Shown here: one piece after another, positions 10,275 through 21,176 of the stretch
Layout of the letters: each line of letters begins with the position of its first letter
How positions within the stretch are numbered: position 1 is the stretch's first letter
Assembly: GCA_963676835.2 (NCBI GenBank)
Contig: CAXXFF010000002.1
Coordinates: 736,001-800,000, forward strand
Reading direction: 5' to 3'
Origin: Marispirochaeta sp.
Lineage (GTDB): Bacteria; Spirochaetota; Spirochaetia; JC444; Marispirochaetaceae
DNA length: 64,000 bases
Translations under genes and position numbers: made by a program
Notes under the pieces: generated by a model
Database searches by the model: none
What the model was told of the DNA's origin: nothing
Seen by the model: only the letters and a program-made list of their open reading frames with translations

Positions 10275-12458
10275 ATGGATTTACACATTAACATCCTCCA
10301 ACTTCCTCTTATTCTCTCAAGCCTCTCCACGGTGGTAACCCTTTTTCTGGTTGCCCTGCGTACCAAAAGAAGATTTCATCAGCCCGTTGCCTATCTTATC
10401 TTCGGCGTGCTTTTATACAGCGGTTTTTATCTGCTGGAAACCTCCTCTCACGACCTTAATCTGGTGGTTCTGTTCAGCAACCTCAAGTACATTGGTGCCG
10501 TTACCATTCCGGTCTCATTTTTTCTCTTCGCCTGGAGCTTTGTGCGGACGAAGCCTTCTGGCCGGGAAATGAGAATCCTGTATCTTTTCTATCTGCCTCC
10601 CGCAGGAGTGCTTTTCTGTATTCTTGTTCCCCATTTCACCCATCTGGTTTTTCCCGGCTACGAGCTCTTTTATACCGGAGAAATTCTTCTTCATCGGCAT
10701 ACTCTGGGTCCGGTTTTCTGGGTCCACTTTTTCTATTCCTATATTATGACTCTCCTCGGCGCCTTTCTTCTGTTGAAGAATGCCATGTCGGAGGATGAAA
10801 AAGTATGCGGAAGCATAACTGCCCTGATTACAGCAAGTATTGTCCCTCTCCTGGGGAATATTGCCCATATCTTTCTATCTGAAGGGATTCTGAAATTTTA
10901 TGATATAACTCCCATTACATTTGCTGTTTCCAGTGTGCTCCTCGCCTTTGTTATTCTCAACTACCGAATAGATGATTATGTCTATCTCACCTATGATTCA
11001 CTGCTGAAAAACCTGAACGAAGGCATGATTGTTCTGGATCATGAAACCCGGATTGTTGAAATCAACCAGGCGGCAGCAGCCCTTTTCAGGCGCAGCCCGG
11101 AAGATATGAAAGGCCGTATACTGCGGGATACACTGGTAAAAAACAGAGGCCTCATCGATCGTTTCGGTTCAGTTTATGAAGCAAAGAGTGAGACTGAAAT
11201 TTATGTCGGCGAAGATACCCGCATCTGCCGGCTGCATATTTCTCCCCTCAAGGACCGCCGTCTTCCTGCTCCCGGAAGAATTATTCTGATCTGGGATGTA
11301 ACCGAACGGAGAAAGGCGGAAGAACAGGCGGCAAAAGCCTCCAGACTTGAATCGCTGGAACTGCTTGCCGGCGGTGTAGCCCATGATTTCAATAACCTGC
11401 TTACGGGTATTCACGGAAATCTTACCCTTTCGCGTCTGGAAAACAATGACCCCGCTGTGGCGGAGCATCTCGATACCATGGCCGAAGGTCTCGAACAGGC
11501 AGCAGCCCTTACCAGACAGCTGCAGGGATTTGCATCCCGGAATAATCCGGAGTCTGAAAAGATTTTTCTGCCCCGGCTCATTAAGGACTCCCTGGCTCTC
11601 TTTATCCGGGGAACGGATATTACCTCTACCCTGGATGCAAAAGAGGATCTCTGGGATGTGTTTGCCGATCCGGGACAGATTGCACAGGTGATCAACAACC
11701 TGATTGTCAACGCGGTACAGGCTCAGATGGGGAGCGGCAGCATTTCAGTCAGTGCGGAAAATGTGCTCATAGAAGCCGGAAGCGCCCTTGATCTTGCACC
11801 GGGCCGCTATGTCCATACTGTTTTTGCTGATCAGGGCCCGGGAATAAGTTCAGAAAATCTTTCCAGAATATTTGATCCCTATTTTACCACCAAGCAGACC
11901 GGGACCGGTCTCGGGCTGGCATCGGCTCTATCTATTGTCATAAAACACAGAGGTGTTCTGTATGCCGAAAACATCTGTGTGGGAGACCTGCAGGGAGATA
12001 CAGGAAAGCTAAAAGGCGCATGCTTTCATCTCTATCTTCCTTCTCTGGGTAATATCACCGTTCCCTGGGGTTCAGATACGGGAGAGAAGGTGCCCAAGGC
12101 TGATGGAATTGATCATATTGTTCTTCTTGACCGCAACCGCGACAGCCGTCTTGTTCTCGGAGCATACCTGACCCGTGAGAAATATCATGTTGAATGTTTC
12201 AGCTCTCCGGAAGAACTTGACGGATATTTCAGCAGTGAAGACGTTCCCCGGGTTGACTGTATTATTTTCGCAGAGACATCCACTCCTGAACCCGGTATGA
12301 AAAATCCGGAAGATCAGTTTCCTTTCTCGAACAGGGAGATTCCCCGGCTTGTACTGTACAGTGGTGATTGGCCGAAAGACTCCCGGCTTTTTCAGCCCGG
12401 GTCGCTGCAGGATATCTCCCGTGCGCTGCGTTCTCTTACAGAAACAGCGGATTCTTAA
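10275..12458 (+). CDS. Sensor histidine kinase with 7TM N-terminus, PAS domain and degenerate C-terminal receiver-like domain
   Basis: Hydrophobic N-terminal helices; PAS (EGMIVLD...INQAA); H-box LAGGVAHDFNNLL; N/G boxes QVINNLIVNA, DQGPGI, FTTKQTGTGLGL. Confidence 0.9.
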   Translation: MDLHINILQLPLILSSLSTVVTLFLVALRTKRRFHQPVAYLIFGVLLYSGFYLLETSSHDLNLVVLFSNLKYIGAVTIPVSFFLFAWSFVRTKPSGREMRILYLFYLPPAGVLFCILVPHFTHLVFPGYELFYTGEILLHRHTLGPVFWVHFFYSYIMTLLGAFLLLKNAMSEDEKVCGSITALITASIVPLLGNIAHIFLSEGILKFYDITPITFAVSSVLLAFVILNYRIDDYVYLTYDSLLKNLNEGMIVLDHETRIVEINQAAAALFRRSPEDMKGRILRDTLVKNRGLIDRFGSVYEAKSETEIYVGEDTRICRLHISPLKDRRLPAPGRIILIWDVTERRKAEEQAAKASRLESLELLAGGVAHDFNNLLTGIHGNLTLSRLENNDPAVAEHLDTMAEGLEQAAALTRQLQGFASRNNPESEKIFLPRLIKDSLALFIRGTDITSTLDAKEDLWDVFADPGQIAQVINNLIVNAVQAQMGSGSISVSAENVLIEAGSALDLAPGRYVHTVFADQGPGISSENLSRIFDPYFTTKQTGTGLGLASALSIVIKHRGVLYAENICVGDLQGDTGKLKGACFHLYLPSLGNITVPWGSDTGEKVPKADGIDHIVLLDRNRDSRLVLGAYLTREKYHVECFSSPEELDGYFSSEDVPRVDCIIFAETSTPEPGMKNPEDQFPFSNREIPRLVLYSGDWPKDSRLFQPGSLQDISRALRSLTETADS

Positions 12459-12480
12459 GGGTAAAATAAGCTCTGAGAAA

Positions 12481-14376
12481 TCAGTCCGCCAGTTCCGCCA
12501 GGGTCTCCCAGCGTAGGGTTTTTTCGTCTATCTGACGGTTTATTGAATCATATTCCTGTTTCAGAATCCCCTGCTGTTCCGGGGCTGTGGCAGGGTCTGC
12601 AAAGGCCAGTTCCAGTTCCGCTTTTTTTTCTTCCAGCAATTCAATCTCCGGCAGCAGGGATTCAAACTCCCGCTGTTCCTTGAAACTGAGCCGTTTTTTT
12701 TCTTCCCTCTTCACCGGACGTGGTTCCTGTTTACGCCCCCTGGCAGAAGAGTTCTTCCCCTCCATAAGCTCCCGCCGTTTTTCCTGGCGAAGATAGGCAA
12801 GGTAATCGGAATAGCTGCCGGCAAAGGCATTGATATTGCCGCTGTTGTCCAGGATAAGCAGAAAATCCACCGTACGGTCGAGGAAGTATCTGTCATGGCT
12901 GACGGTGAGGATACAGCCTTCGAAACGGGAGAGAAAATCCTCCAGCAGGGAGAGGGTCTGGATATCAAGATCGTTGGTGGGCTCATCGAAGATAAGGAAG
13001 TTGGGATCCGGGAGAAGCACTTTGATAAGCTGAAGCCGACGCCGCTCACCTCCGGAGAGCTTCTTTATGGTGGTGTACCACTTGCCCCGGGGAAAATTGA
13101 AGTCCTCAAGAAGCCGGCTGATCTCCATTGGCTGTCCGTCTTCCTTGCGGATTATGTCGGCATACTCCTTGAGAAAGGCCATAACCGTTAGTTTCTCATC
13201 CATGCCTGCAGAGAGCTGGTCGAAATAGCCGAACCGGGTATTGATCCCGCTGTCCGCTCTGCCGCTGTCGGGTTCCAGGTCACCGGTGATCATTCTCAGC
13301 AGGGTTGTCTTGCCGCTGCCGTTGGGTCCCACAAGGCCGATACGCTCTCCCCGTTTGAATGAGTAGGTAAAAGGGGCAATTATGCGGCGCCCGTCGAAGG
13401 ATACCGTAAGATTCTTCAGTTCCAGAACTTTTTTACCCAGCCGGCGGTGGTTTACGCTGAATTCCCGTAAGGAGACCTCTTCCGCCTCTTCCCGGTCCAT
13501 CATGTTAATGATCCGCTCGGTGCGCTTTTTATCCTTGCCTGTGCGGGCTTTGGGCCCACGTTTGAGCCATTCCAGCTCACCACGGAGAATGGAGTTTATC
13601 CGCTCTTTCTGCCGCTCCCTGGCGGCAAGACGTTCTTCCCTTTTTTCCATGTAGAAGGAGTAGTTGCCGTCGTAACGGTACAGGGTCTCATCATCCAGCT
13701 CATAGATCCGGGTGGCAACGGTATCGAGAAAATAGCGGTCATGGGTAACCAGCAGCAGGGATGAGTCGGTCTTCTCCAGATAATCCTGCAGCCAGAGAAT
13801 TGTATCTATATCCAGATGGTTGGTTGGCTCGTCCAGAATCAGCAGATCATTCTGTCCGGCCAGTGCCTGAGCAAGGGATACTTTCTTGATCATTCCCCCC
13901 GAAAGGGTTCCCATGGGCAGTTCGAGATCGCTAATGCCTAACTCCTGCAGCACCGATCGTATCCGCTGTTCAATCTCCCAGGCGTTTTCCCTCTCCATGG
14001 CTTCCGTTGCCGCTGCAAAGCGGGCCTCAGCCTCGCTGTTATGCTGGTGGCTGAAGGCCGCCGAGGCTTCCTCATATTCACGGACAACCAGCAGCTGGGG
14101 GTTTTTCTGCCGGAAAATGTGATCCGCGATTGTCTCTTCCGGATCAAAATGGGGGACCTGGGGCTGATAGGCTATTCTTGCGGAACTGTTGAAGATTACC
14201 TCTCCCGAACCGGGAGGCAAAGCTCCTGCAAGAATACGGAGCAGGGTGGTTTTGCCGCTGCCGTTTATACCGATAAGGGCGGTCTTTTCGCCGGAATCTA
14301 TTCCGAAAGAGAGATCCGAAAAGAGCTTCCGGTCTCCGAGGCTTTTACTGATTGAGTTAACCGAGATGATATTCAT
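12481..14376 (-). CDS. ABC-F family ATP-binding protein (Uup/YfmR-like)
   Basis: Two ABC domains (GINGSGKT, GPNGSGKT; LSGG; DEPTN), no TM segments, C-terminal coiled coil KRLSFKEQREFESL. Confidence 0.93.
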   Translation of the reverse strand: MNIISVNSISKSLGDRKLFSDLSFGIDSGEKTALIGINGSGKTTLLRILAGALPPGSGEVIFNSSARIAYQPQVPHFDPEETIADHIFRQKNPQLLVVREYEEASAAFSHQHNSEAEARFAAATEAMERENAWEIEQRIRSVLQELGISDLELPMGTLSGGMIKKVSLAQALAGQNDLLILDEPTNHLDIDTILWLQDYLEKTDSSLLLVTHDRYFLDTVATRIYELDDETLYRYDGNYSFYMEKREERLAARERQKERINSILRGELEWLKRGPKARTGKDKKRTERIINMMDREEAEEVSLREFSVNHRRLGKKVLELKNLTVSFDGRRIIAPFTYSFKRGERIGLVGPNGSGKTTLLRMITGDLEPDSGRADSGINTRFGYFDQLSAGMDEKLTVMAFLKEYADIIRKEDGQPMEISRLLEDFNFPRGKWYTTIKKLSGGERRRLQLIKVLLPDPNFLIFDEPTNDLDIQTLSLLEDFLSRFEGCILTVSHDRYFLDRTVDFLLILDNSGNINAFAGSYSDYLAYLRQEKRRELMEGKNSSARGRKQEPRPVKREEKKRLSFKEQREFESLLPEIELLEEKKAELELAFADPATAPEQQGILKQEYDSINRQIDEKTLRWETLAELAD

Positions 14377-14601
14377 GGGCAGGTTCTATTTGTACTCGGA
14401 TTTTCCCGGCGTGTCTGCCCCTGCTGCTTCCTTCTTTATTCTCACTCCTTGCTTCCAACTCCTTCCTCTGTGTTCCTCCTGTTGTTTGTGAGTCAGCTCC
14501 GGGATGGCCCGTATTTTTACGTAGCCGAAGCGGTGTTTACCTGTTACAGTAGAGGTCTATGCCTGCAAACAGGGCATAAGCATGCATTTCAAGGACAGGT
14601 T

Positions 14602-15558
14602 ATGAAGAACTTTAGACAATTTCTCACCGCTTCTGCAGCGGTGCTTATGATGCTTTTTGTGCTGGGCGGCTGTTCCGACAAAAAATCATCAAAACTCAGT
14701 ATCTCCAATGAAGAGCTTGATGCGGAGCTGAACAAGACTCTTGTTCAATATGCTGCACAGGGAAGACAGGTCAGCGACGATGAGAAGGCTCAACTTCGTA
14801 CCGCTATTCTGAATCAGATGGTAGAGCGGCTGGTTATGTTTGCCGAGGCGGACAGTCTTGGTATTGAGGTTGATAAAGATAAACTGGAGCAGGAATATCA
14901 GTCCATCGTCAGCCAGTTCCCCACAGAAGAAGCTTTTGCACAAGCCCTGAAACAGCGTGGTTATACTGCAGAACTCTTTAAAGAAGAGATGGCAGGGATT
15001 CTGCGTATACAGAAATTTCTGGAGGAGACTGTAAGTTCATCCATTGCTGTGTCCGAAGAGGAGATCCAGTCCTATTACGAGGAAAACCCCGATTACTTTG
15101 GTACCCCTGAGAAGGTAAGCGCTTCTCATATTCTTATTCAGGTAGCACCCGATGCCGATGCGGCTGTAAAGGCCCAGGCTATGACAAAAATTGAAGCGGT
15201 AAAGGCAAAGGCCGATGCGGGTGAAGATTTTGCCGCCCTGGCAAAGGAGTTTTCCGAAGGACCCTCCGGACCAAGCGGCGGGGATCTGGGCAGTTTCGGC
15301 CGGGGAGAGATGGTTAAGCCCTTCGAGGATGCTGCCTTTGCCATGGAAATCGGTGATGTCAGCGATGTAGTAGAAACCCAGTTCGGTTATCATATTATCA
15401 AGGTGACAGATAAATCAGAACCGGGTGCCCTCAGTTACCAGGAGGCACGGGAGGCAATTCTCGGCTTTCTCAAGCAGGACAAGGAACAGTCCGCTGCTGC
15501 CGACTATATCGAAACTCTGAAGGAAAAATATCCCATAGAGACCCCCGCCGAAGGCTGA
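14602..15558 (+). CDS. Parvulin/PpiC-type peptidyl-prolyl isomerase lipoprotein (SurA/PrsA-like)
   Basis: Lipobox VLGGC; ASHILI, FAALAKEFSEGPS, GGDLG, ETQFGYHIIKV. Confidence 0.93.
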   Translation: MKNFRQFLTASAAVLMMLFVLGGCSDKKSSKLSISNEELDAELNKTLVQYAAQGRQVSDDEKAQLRTAILNQMVERLVMFAEADSLGIEVDKDKLEQEYQSIVSQFPTEEAFAQALKQRGYTAELFKEEMAGILRIQKFLEETVSSSIAVSEEEIQSYYEENPDYFGTPEKVSASHILIQVAPDADAAVKAQAMTKIEAVKAKADAGEDFAALAKEFSEGPSGPSGGDLGSFGRGEMVKPFEDAAFAMEIGDVSDVVETQFGYHIIKVTDKSEPGALSYQEAREAILGFLKQDKEQSAAADYIETLKEKYPIETPAEG

Positions 15559-15600
15559 GGTCTCTTAAGGACTTTTAAGGTCTTTCAAAGTTACTAAAGG

Positions 15601-17595
15601 CTAAAACTCTTCAAAATTTTCGTCTTCATCATCCATTGCGGAGTCTTCCTCAAGCAGGGAGACTCCCACAATTTCTTCCTCTTTTCGTGACGGCTGGCTT
15701 TTAACCACCCGCTGCACAGGAGCCGCCGGCAGTCTTTTGGGTGCCGGTGCGGGGGATGAATAGCCTGCACCGCTGTCATTGTTGATCTTGAAGAATCCCA
15801 TGGTGTCCTGAAGATGGTCCGACTGGCTGGAAAGCTCTTCGGCGGTGGCAGCCAGCTCCTCTGAAGAGGAGGCGTTATGCTGGATTACCTGGTCAAGCTG
15901 CATAATGGCTGTATTTATCTGACCTGCGCCCAGGGCCTGTTCCCGGCTTGATGCATTAATCTCCTGAACAAGGTCTGCAGTCTGCTGAATATTCTTCACC
16001 AGGGTCTCGATTCGTACCCCGGCGGTTTCGGCGATTTCGACTGAACTTGATGAGAGTTCGGTGATATCCGCCGCCGCCACCTGGCTTCGTTCTGCCAGCT
16101 TGCGCACTTCCGAGGCCACCACAGCAAAGCCCTTGCCCGCTTCACCTGCCCGGGCAGCTTCTATTGCCGCATTAAGGGCAAGCATATTGGTCTGGCGCGA
16201 AATCTCCTCGATGATATTGATTTTCTCGCTTATCTGACGCATGGCTTCGACGGTTTTCTGAACCGCTTCACCGCTTTCATTGGCCTCTCTGGCCGCCTGC
16301 TGGGCAATAGCGTCGGTGCTGACTGCATTGTCGGAGTTCTGTTTTATGCTTGAATCCATCTCCTCCATGGAGGATGAGACCTCTTCTGCAGCTGAAGCCT
16401 GCTCCGTTGCTCCTTCAGAAAGCTGCTGGGCGGAATTGGAAAGCTCCCGGCTGCCGGTGGAAACATAGCCTGCGGCGGTTTTTACATCCGCAACAATTTC
16501 GTTAAGATGCCCGATCATATCCGACAGGCTGTTGGCGAGCTTGCCTATCTCATCTCCCCGCTTGATATCCACCTCAATAGTAAGATCGCCCTGGCTTATT
16601 GCCTGAGTAAGCTGCTGTACCCGAATAATCGGTTTCGTAATGGTACGGGAGAAGAGGATATAGATGACTATAGCCAAGATAAGCGCGCTGAAACTTATAA
16701 TCCCTATAATAAAACCAAGCCGGTATACGGGAGACAGATACTCTTCGTCTGGAATAGTTAAATTGATTGTCCATCCAGTCATTCCCATGTGGTAGAATCC
16801 GGAGGTTTTATCAACACCTAGATAGGTGTATCGTTCGATACCGCTCTTATCGGTTTTCAGTTTCGATGCGTAGATCTCCATTCCTTCAAGTTTGTTAACA
16901 TCGGATTTCATTATGGTTGCCGGATCGGGATGTGCAATGAATATTCCGTTTCTGTCGAGAATATAGGCATATCCGCTTTCTCCGATGGTACTTTCCGCCA
17001 CCAGCTGTGAGAGATGCCCAATACTGACCAGACTGGCAACAACACCAACAATCTGCTTTGATTCTGAGTAGACCGGAGAAGCTACGGCAACAAAAGGATC
17101 ATTGGTAACTTTATTCAGTACGGGTTCACTTATGACTGTTTTGCCCTTCGAGGCATTCTGAAAATAGTCCCGCTCTTTGATTATGACTCCATTAAAAGAG
17201 GGTTCTGAGGATGCTGTTATTTCTCCTTGCATATTGGCCACCACAATAGCCTGATATTTGTCTTCAAACCCGGGATTATCCAACATCCGAACTAAATCCT
17301 GTCTGGTCTTTTCCAGTATGGGTATTCCATCTTCCGTTTCCTGACTGTTTTTCAGGCTTTCGATTATGGAACTTTGGGAAGATAGAGCGCCAACAAGCCG
17401 CATCTCTGTGTCAAAAGTGTTTTCAAGACCCACTGTAATATCCCGCGTACGGGAGAGAATCTGGCTGTCTATCTGGTCTTCCACCGCAGAGGCAGCTTCA
17501 AATATTGCCAGCAGGCTGACTCCCGCCAGTGGTATTAGAATAATTAATGCTCCTATAAGAGATAATTTAGCTCCCAGAGACATGTTCCGTATCAT
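15601..17595 (-). CDS. Methyl-accepting chemotaxis protein with dCache sensor and HAMP domain
   Basis: TM-Cache-TM-HAMP architecture and [37 protein letters not shown]. Start placed at 17595 from the AAGGAG RBS. Confidence 0.95.
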   Translation of the reverse strand: MIRNMSLGAKLSLIGALIILIPLAGVSLLAIFEAASAVEDQIDSQILSRTRDITVGLENTFDTEMRLVGALSSQSSIIESLKNSQETEDGIPILEKTRQDLVRMLDNPGFEDKYQAIVVANMQGEITASSEPSFNGVIIKERDYFQNASKGKTVISEPVLNKVTNDPFVAVASPVYSESKQIVGVVASLVSIGHLSQLVAESTIGESGYAYILDRNGIFIAHPDPATIMKSDVNKLEGMEIYASKLKTDKSGIERYTYLGVDKTSGFYHMGMTGWTINLTIPDEEYLSPVYRLGFIIGIISFSALILAIVIYILFSRTITKPIIRVQQLTQAISQGDLTIEVDIKRGDEIGKLANSLSDMIGHLNEIVADVKTAAGYVSTGSRELSNSAQQLSEGATEQASAAEEVSSSMEEMDSSIKQNSDNAVSTDAIAQQAAREANESGEAVQKTVEAMRQISEKINIIEEISRQTNMLALNAAIEAARAGEAGKGFAVVASEVRKLAERSQVAAADITELSSSSVEIAETAGVRIETLVKNIQQTADLVQEINASSREQALGAGQINTAIMQLDQVIQHNASSSEELAATAEELSSQSDHLQDTMGFFKINNDSGAGYSSPAPAPKRLPAAPVQRVVKSQPSRKEEEIVGVSLLEEDSAMDDEDENFEEF

Positions 17596-17721
17596 AGGCT
17601 GCTCCTTGTATCTACCCAAAATTGTAAGCAATAGCCTGTCGAATCGCAAATTTCAGGTGATTTTTGCACCAAATTCCGCCACATGCTTGAACCGGTCCTG
17701 ATGAGGCCATACAATTAGCAT

Positions 17722-18225
17722 GTGAATAATATGGAATCCCTATTGAAAAGCCTGGAAGAGCGGGCCCGTAAAAACGAAAAAGACCAGACAAAGTATCTCC
17801 GCCGCCTGCGGGAGAAGAACCCGAAGAAGCTGGATGAGATGTTCCGGCGGCTCCACGACGAGGTCTTCGCCGAGATGGACTGTCTGGACTGCGCCAACTG
17901 CTGTAAAACCATAAGTCCCCGCTTTATGCAGCGGGATATTGACCGCATTGCAAAACACCTGAACATGCATCCCAAAACCTTTCGGATTCAGTATCTCGAC
18001 CTGGATGAGGATGAAGACTGGGTTCTGAAGAAGACTCCCTGTCCTTTTCTGGGGGCGGACAATTACTGCTCCATATATGAGGTGCGGCCCAAGGCCTGTC
18101 AGGAGTATCCCCATACCAATGTGAAGAATATGCGGGGGCATCTGGTGCTTGCCAGGAGTAATCTGCCTGTATGCCCTGCGGTATATGAGATTGTGGAGAT
18201 GATTCGCAAGGAGTATCCCCTCTAA
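17722..18225 (+). CDS. YkgJ family cysteine-cluster (Zn/Fe-chelating) protein
   Basis: CLDCANCC...CPFL...CSIYEVRPKACQEYP pattern. Confidence 0.9.
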   Translation: MNNMESLLKSLEERARKNEKDQTKYLRRLREKNPKKLDEMFRRLHDEVFAEMDCLDCANCCKTISPRFMQRDIDRIAKHLNMHPKTFRIQYLDLDEDEDWVLKKTPCPFLGADNYCSIYEVRPKACQEYPHTNVKNMRGHLVLARSNLPVCPAVYEIVEMIRKEYPL

Positions 18226-18229
18226 GAGC

Positions 18230-19840
18230 ATGAACGGTATGAAGGGTAATAACATCAGCAGTCAGCAAAACCGTATTCAGCTTTTGAAGAGTTGCTGTAC
18301 CCGGGGGATTCTCTATCTGCTGCTCTTTTATTCCCTGGTTATCCCCCTTTTCATGCTGCTTCTATCTCAGCGCAGGCAGGCCAGGGAATCAATCCTTTTA
18401 CAGGAAGACCAGCTGCGTATTTCCACGGTGGCATCCGAATTTCGCACCACCTTCGATGCGGTAATGGGAGATGCGGAATACTTCGCCCACAGCAGTACCA
18501 TTGTCCACTATCTTTCCGGACAGATGGATGAGTCCTATACTGCAAACGATTTTGTCAGTTTTGCATTAATTCGCGGCGTCTATGACCAGATCCGGCTGAT
18601 TGACCTGGCGGGACAGGAGATTATCCGGGTAAATTACAGTTTCAAAGATGGTGCCCGTCTGGTTCCCCGGGAGGAACTGCAGAATAAAATGCACCGCTAC
18701 TACTTTGATAATGCCCTGACGCTGGACCCGGGGGAACTCTATATTTCTCCCCTGGATCTGAATATTGAACATCAGCAGGTTGAACTGCCTTTTAAGCCGA
18801 TGATCCGCCTGAGTACTCCCGTGGCAGGGCCCGACGGAGAGGTTGAGGCGGTGCTTGTTCTCAACTATCTGGCACAGGAGCTGATTCAGCTGATGAGCCA
18901 CTTTCGGGTCAGTGATGACAACGAGTCGATGATTCTCAATGCCGACGGATTCTGGCTGTACAGTTCTGTGCCAAGAGATGAGTGGGGATTTATGTTTCCC
19001 GAAAAGGAGCAGACCGGATTCTTTTCCTATTTTCCTGCTCTCTGGGAAAAGATCATGCTTAAGGGCTCCGGACAGATGAATATGAACGGCGATTATTACA
19101 CCTTTCAGGGGCTTCAGTTCCGGCCTAATCCGGAGATGTCGCCGGATCTCTACCTTGTACATAAATCATCGGGAGGGATCATACGGCAGGCTTTGTCCAA
19201 TTTTTACTCTGCCTTTTACCTGGTATTGGCAGCGGGCACAATCATCTCTCTGCTTCTCGCCTATATTCATGCTATCCGGATACGAGAGGGACAGACCATA
19301 CGCTATATGGCTCTGCATGATTCATTAACCGGTCTTGTAAACCGCAAGCTGCTTATGGACCGGCTGCGACAGTCCCTCTATTCTCTTTCCAGAAGAAGCC
19401 GGGGTCTGGCTGTATTGTTTATTGATCAGGATAACTTCAAGTCCATCAATGATACCCTCGGGCATGAGGCGGGAGACCGGTATCTGCAGCGCTTTGCCGC
19501 CACGGTAAAACCGCTGCTGCGCAAAAGTGATACCATGGCCCGCATGGGGGGAGATGAGTTTGTCATTCTTCTGGAAGATGTGGCCAGCCGGGCGGAGATT
19601 GAAATAGTTGCAGATAAGATGTTTAAGGCGTTTCGGGAAACGAAGGAGTCTACGGAATCGGATGACCTCCCGCCATTTTCTATAAGTATGGGAGCTGCGC
19701 TGGCGCTGTCCGGAAATGAAGATCCCGATACCCTTCTGGTTCATGCCGACAAGGCTATGTACTATGCAAAAAAGAATGGAAAAAACCGTATTGCCTTCTG
19801 GGATGAAAAGTCGGAGGAGCAGAAAGTACATCTGGTCTGA
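18230..19840 (+). CDS. Diguanylate cyclase with Cache-type sensor domain
   Basis: TM-periplasmic-TM; HDSLTGLVNR, FKSINDTLGHEAGD, RMGGDEF, ADKAMYYAK. Confidence 0.93.
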   Translation: MNGMKGNNISSQQNRIQLLKSCCTRGILYLLLFYSLVIPLFMLLLSQRRQARESILLQEDQLRISTVASEFRTTFDAVMGDAEYFAHSSTIVHYLSGQMDESYTANDFVSFALIRGVYDQIRLIDLAGQEIIRVNYSFKDGARLVPREELQNKMHRYYFDNALTLDPGELYISPLDLNIEHQQVELPFKPMIRLSTPVAGPDGEVEAVLVLNYLAQELIQLMSHFRVSDDNESMILNADGFWLYSSVPRDEWGFMFPEKEQTGFFSYFPALWEKIMLKGSGQMNMNGDYYTFQGLQFRPNPEMSPDLYLVHKSSGGIIRQALSNFYSAFYLVLAAGTIISLLLAYIHAIRIREGQTIRYMALHDSLTGLVNRKLLMDRLRQSLYSLSRRSRGLAVLFIDQDNFKSINDTLGHEAGDRYLQRFAATVKPLLRKSDTMARMGGDEFVILLEDVASRAEIEIVADKMFKAFRETKESTESDDLPPFSISMGAALALSGNEDPDTLLVHADKAMYYAKKNGKNRIAFWDEKSEEQKVHLV

Positions 19841-19867
19841 CTGCCCGTCCTGTAGTACCTTATATGT

Positions 19868-21172
19868 ATGCTAGTAAGCGAATTAATTGAGAAAAAGCGC
19901 AATGGGAAAGAGCTATCTTCAGAGGAAATCAGCTTTCTTATTCGAGGTTATGTAGAAGAATCCATTCCGGACTATCAGGTATCCGCACTGCTGATGGCTA
20001 TCTGGTTTAAAGGGATGAATGCCCGTGAGACCAGTGATCTTACCCTGGAAATGATGCGGTCCGGTGATGTTATCGACCTGGGCATGATTTCGGGGATCAA
20101 GGTGGATAAACACTCCACCGGCGGAGTTGCTGATACCACCACTCTGGTTGCGGCTCCCCTGGCGGCCGCCTGCGGGGCCAGGGTTGCCAAAATGTCCGGC
20201 CGGGGTCTGGGTCATACCGGGGGAACCCTGGATAAGCTGGAATCCATTCCCGGGTTTTCAATTCAGCAGAGCATGAGCCGTTTTGCCGAAATTGTCGGTA
20301 AAGAAGGCCTCGCTGTTATAGGCCAGACAGCCAATCTTGTTCCTGCAGACAAACGCCTGTATGCGCTCCGGGATGTAACTGCCACAGTGGATAATATCTC
20401 CCTTATTGCCTCAAGCATAATGAGTAAAAAACTTGCCGCCGGAAGTGATGCCATTGTTCTGGATGTTAAAACCGGCTCCGGTGCGTTTATGAAAACCGAG
20501 AAGGATGCCTTTGCCCTGGCTGAGGCCATGGTTGAAATAGGGAAAAGTGCCGGCAAGGGTGTCTCCGCCCTGGTTACGGATATGAGTCAGCCCCTGGGGA
20601 ACGCCGTCGGAAATGCCCTTGAGGTGCGTGAAGCGGTGGAAATCCTTCAGGGACATCATCTGAACGGTGATCTTGCCCGGGTATCCTTTGCCCTGGCCTC
20701 AAGAATGCTGGTCTCTTCAGGTATCTGTTCCGCGGAAGAGGCCGACGGGCGTCTCAGAGAGGCCGTGGAGGAAGGTTCCGGCCTCGAACGGCTTAAAGGG
20801 ATGATTACCGCCCAGGGCGGGAATGCGGATGTCTGTACAGACACTTCTCTGCTGCCTTCAGCGAGACAGTGTTACACAATCGAGGCTGTGGAAAGCGGAT
20901 ATATCAGCTCCATGGATACCGACCGTATTGGAATTTCCGCCCTGCTTCTGGGTGCGGGAAGGCGGAAAAAAGAGGATGCCATCGATCCTGCAGTGGGAAT
21001 CTGGATGAAAAAACGTCTCGGCGACCGGGTTTCCGCAGGGGATGCCCTGGCCGATTTTTATGTAAATGACGAAACAAGCCTGGAAGAGGCGGTGGCCGAT
21101 TTTACCGCAGCGGTACATATCCGCAGCGAAAAACCGGAACTGCCTGAACTTATCCGGGGAATAGTGGAGTAG
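19868..21172 (+). CDS. pdp: Pyrimidine-nucleoside/thymidine phosphorylase
   Basis: DKHSTGGV, KMSGRGLGHTGGTLDKLESIPG, LIASSIMSKKLA. Confidence 0.95.
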   Translation: MLVSELIEKKRNGKELSSEEISFLIRGYVEESIPDYQVSALLMAIWFKGMNARETSDLTLEMMRSGDVIDLGMISGIKVDKHSTGGVADTTTLVAAPLAAACGARVAKMSGRGLGHTGGTLDKLESIPGFSIQQSMSRFAEIVGKEGLAVIGQTANLVPADKRLYALRDVTATVDNISLIASSIMSKKLAAGSDAIVLDVKTGSGAFMKTEKDAFALAEAMVEIGKSAGKGVSALVTDMSQPLGNAVGNALEVREAVEILQGHHLNGDLARVSFALASRMLVSSGICSAEEADGRLREAVEEGSGLERLKGMITAQGGNADVCTDTSLLPSARQCYTIEAVESGYISSMDTDRIGISALLLGAGRRKKEDAIDPAVGIWMKKRLGDRVSAGDALADFYVNDETSLEEAVADFTAAVHIRSEKPELPELIRGIVE

Positions 21173-21176
21173 AAGA

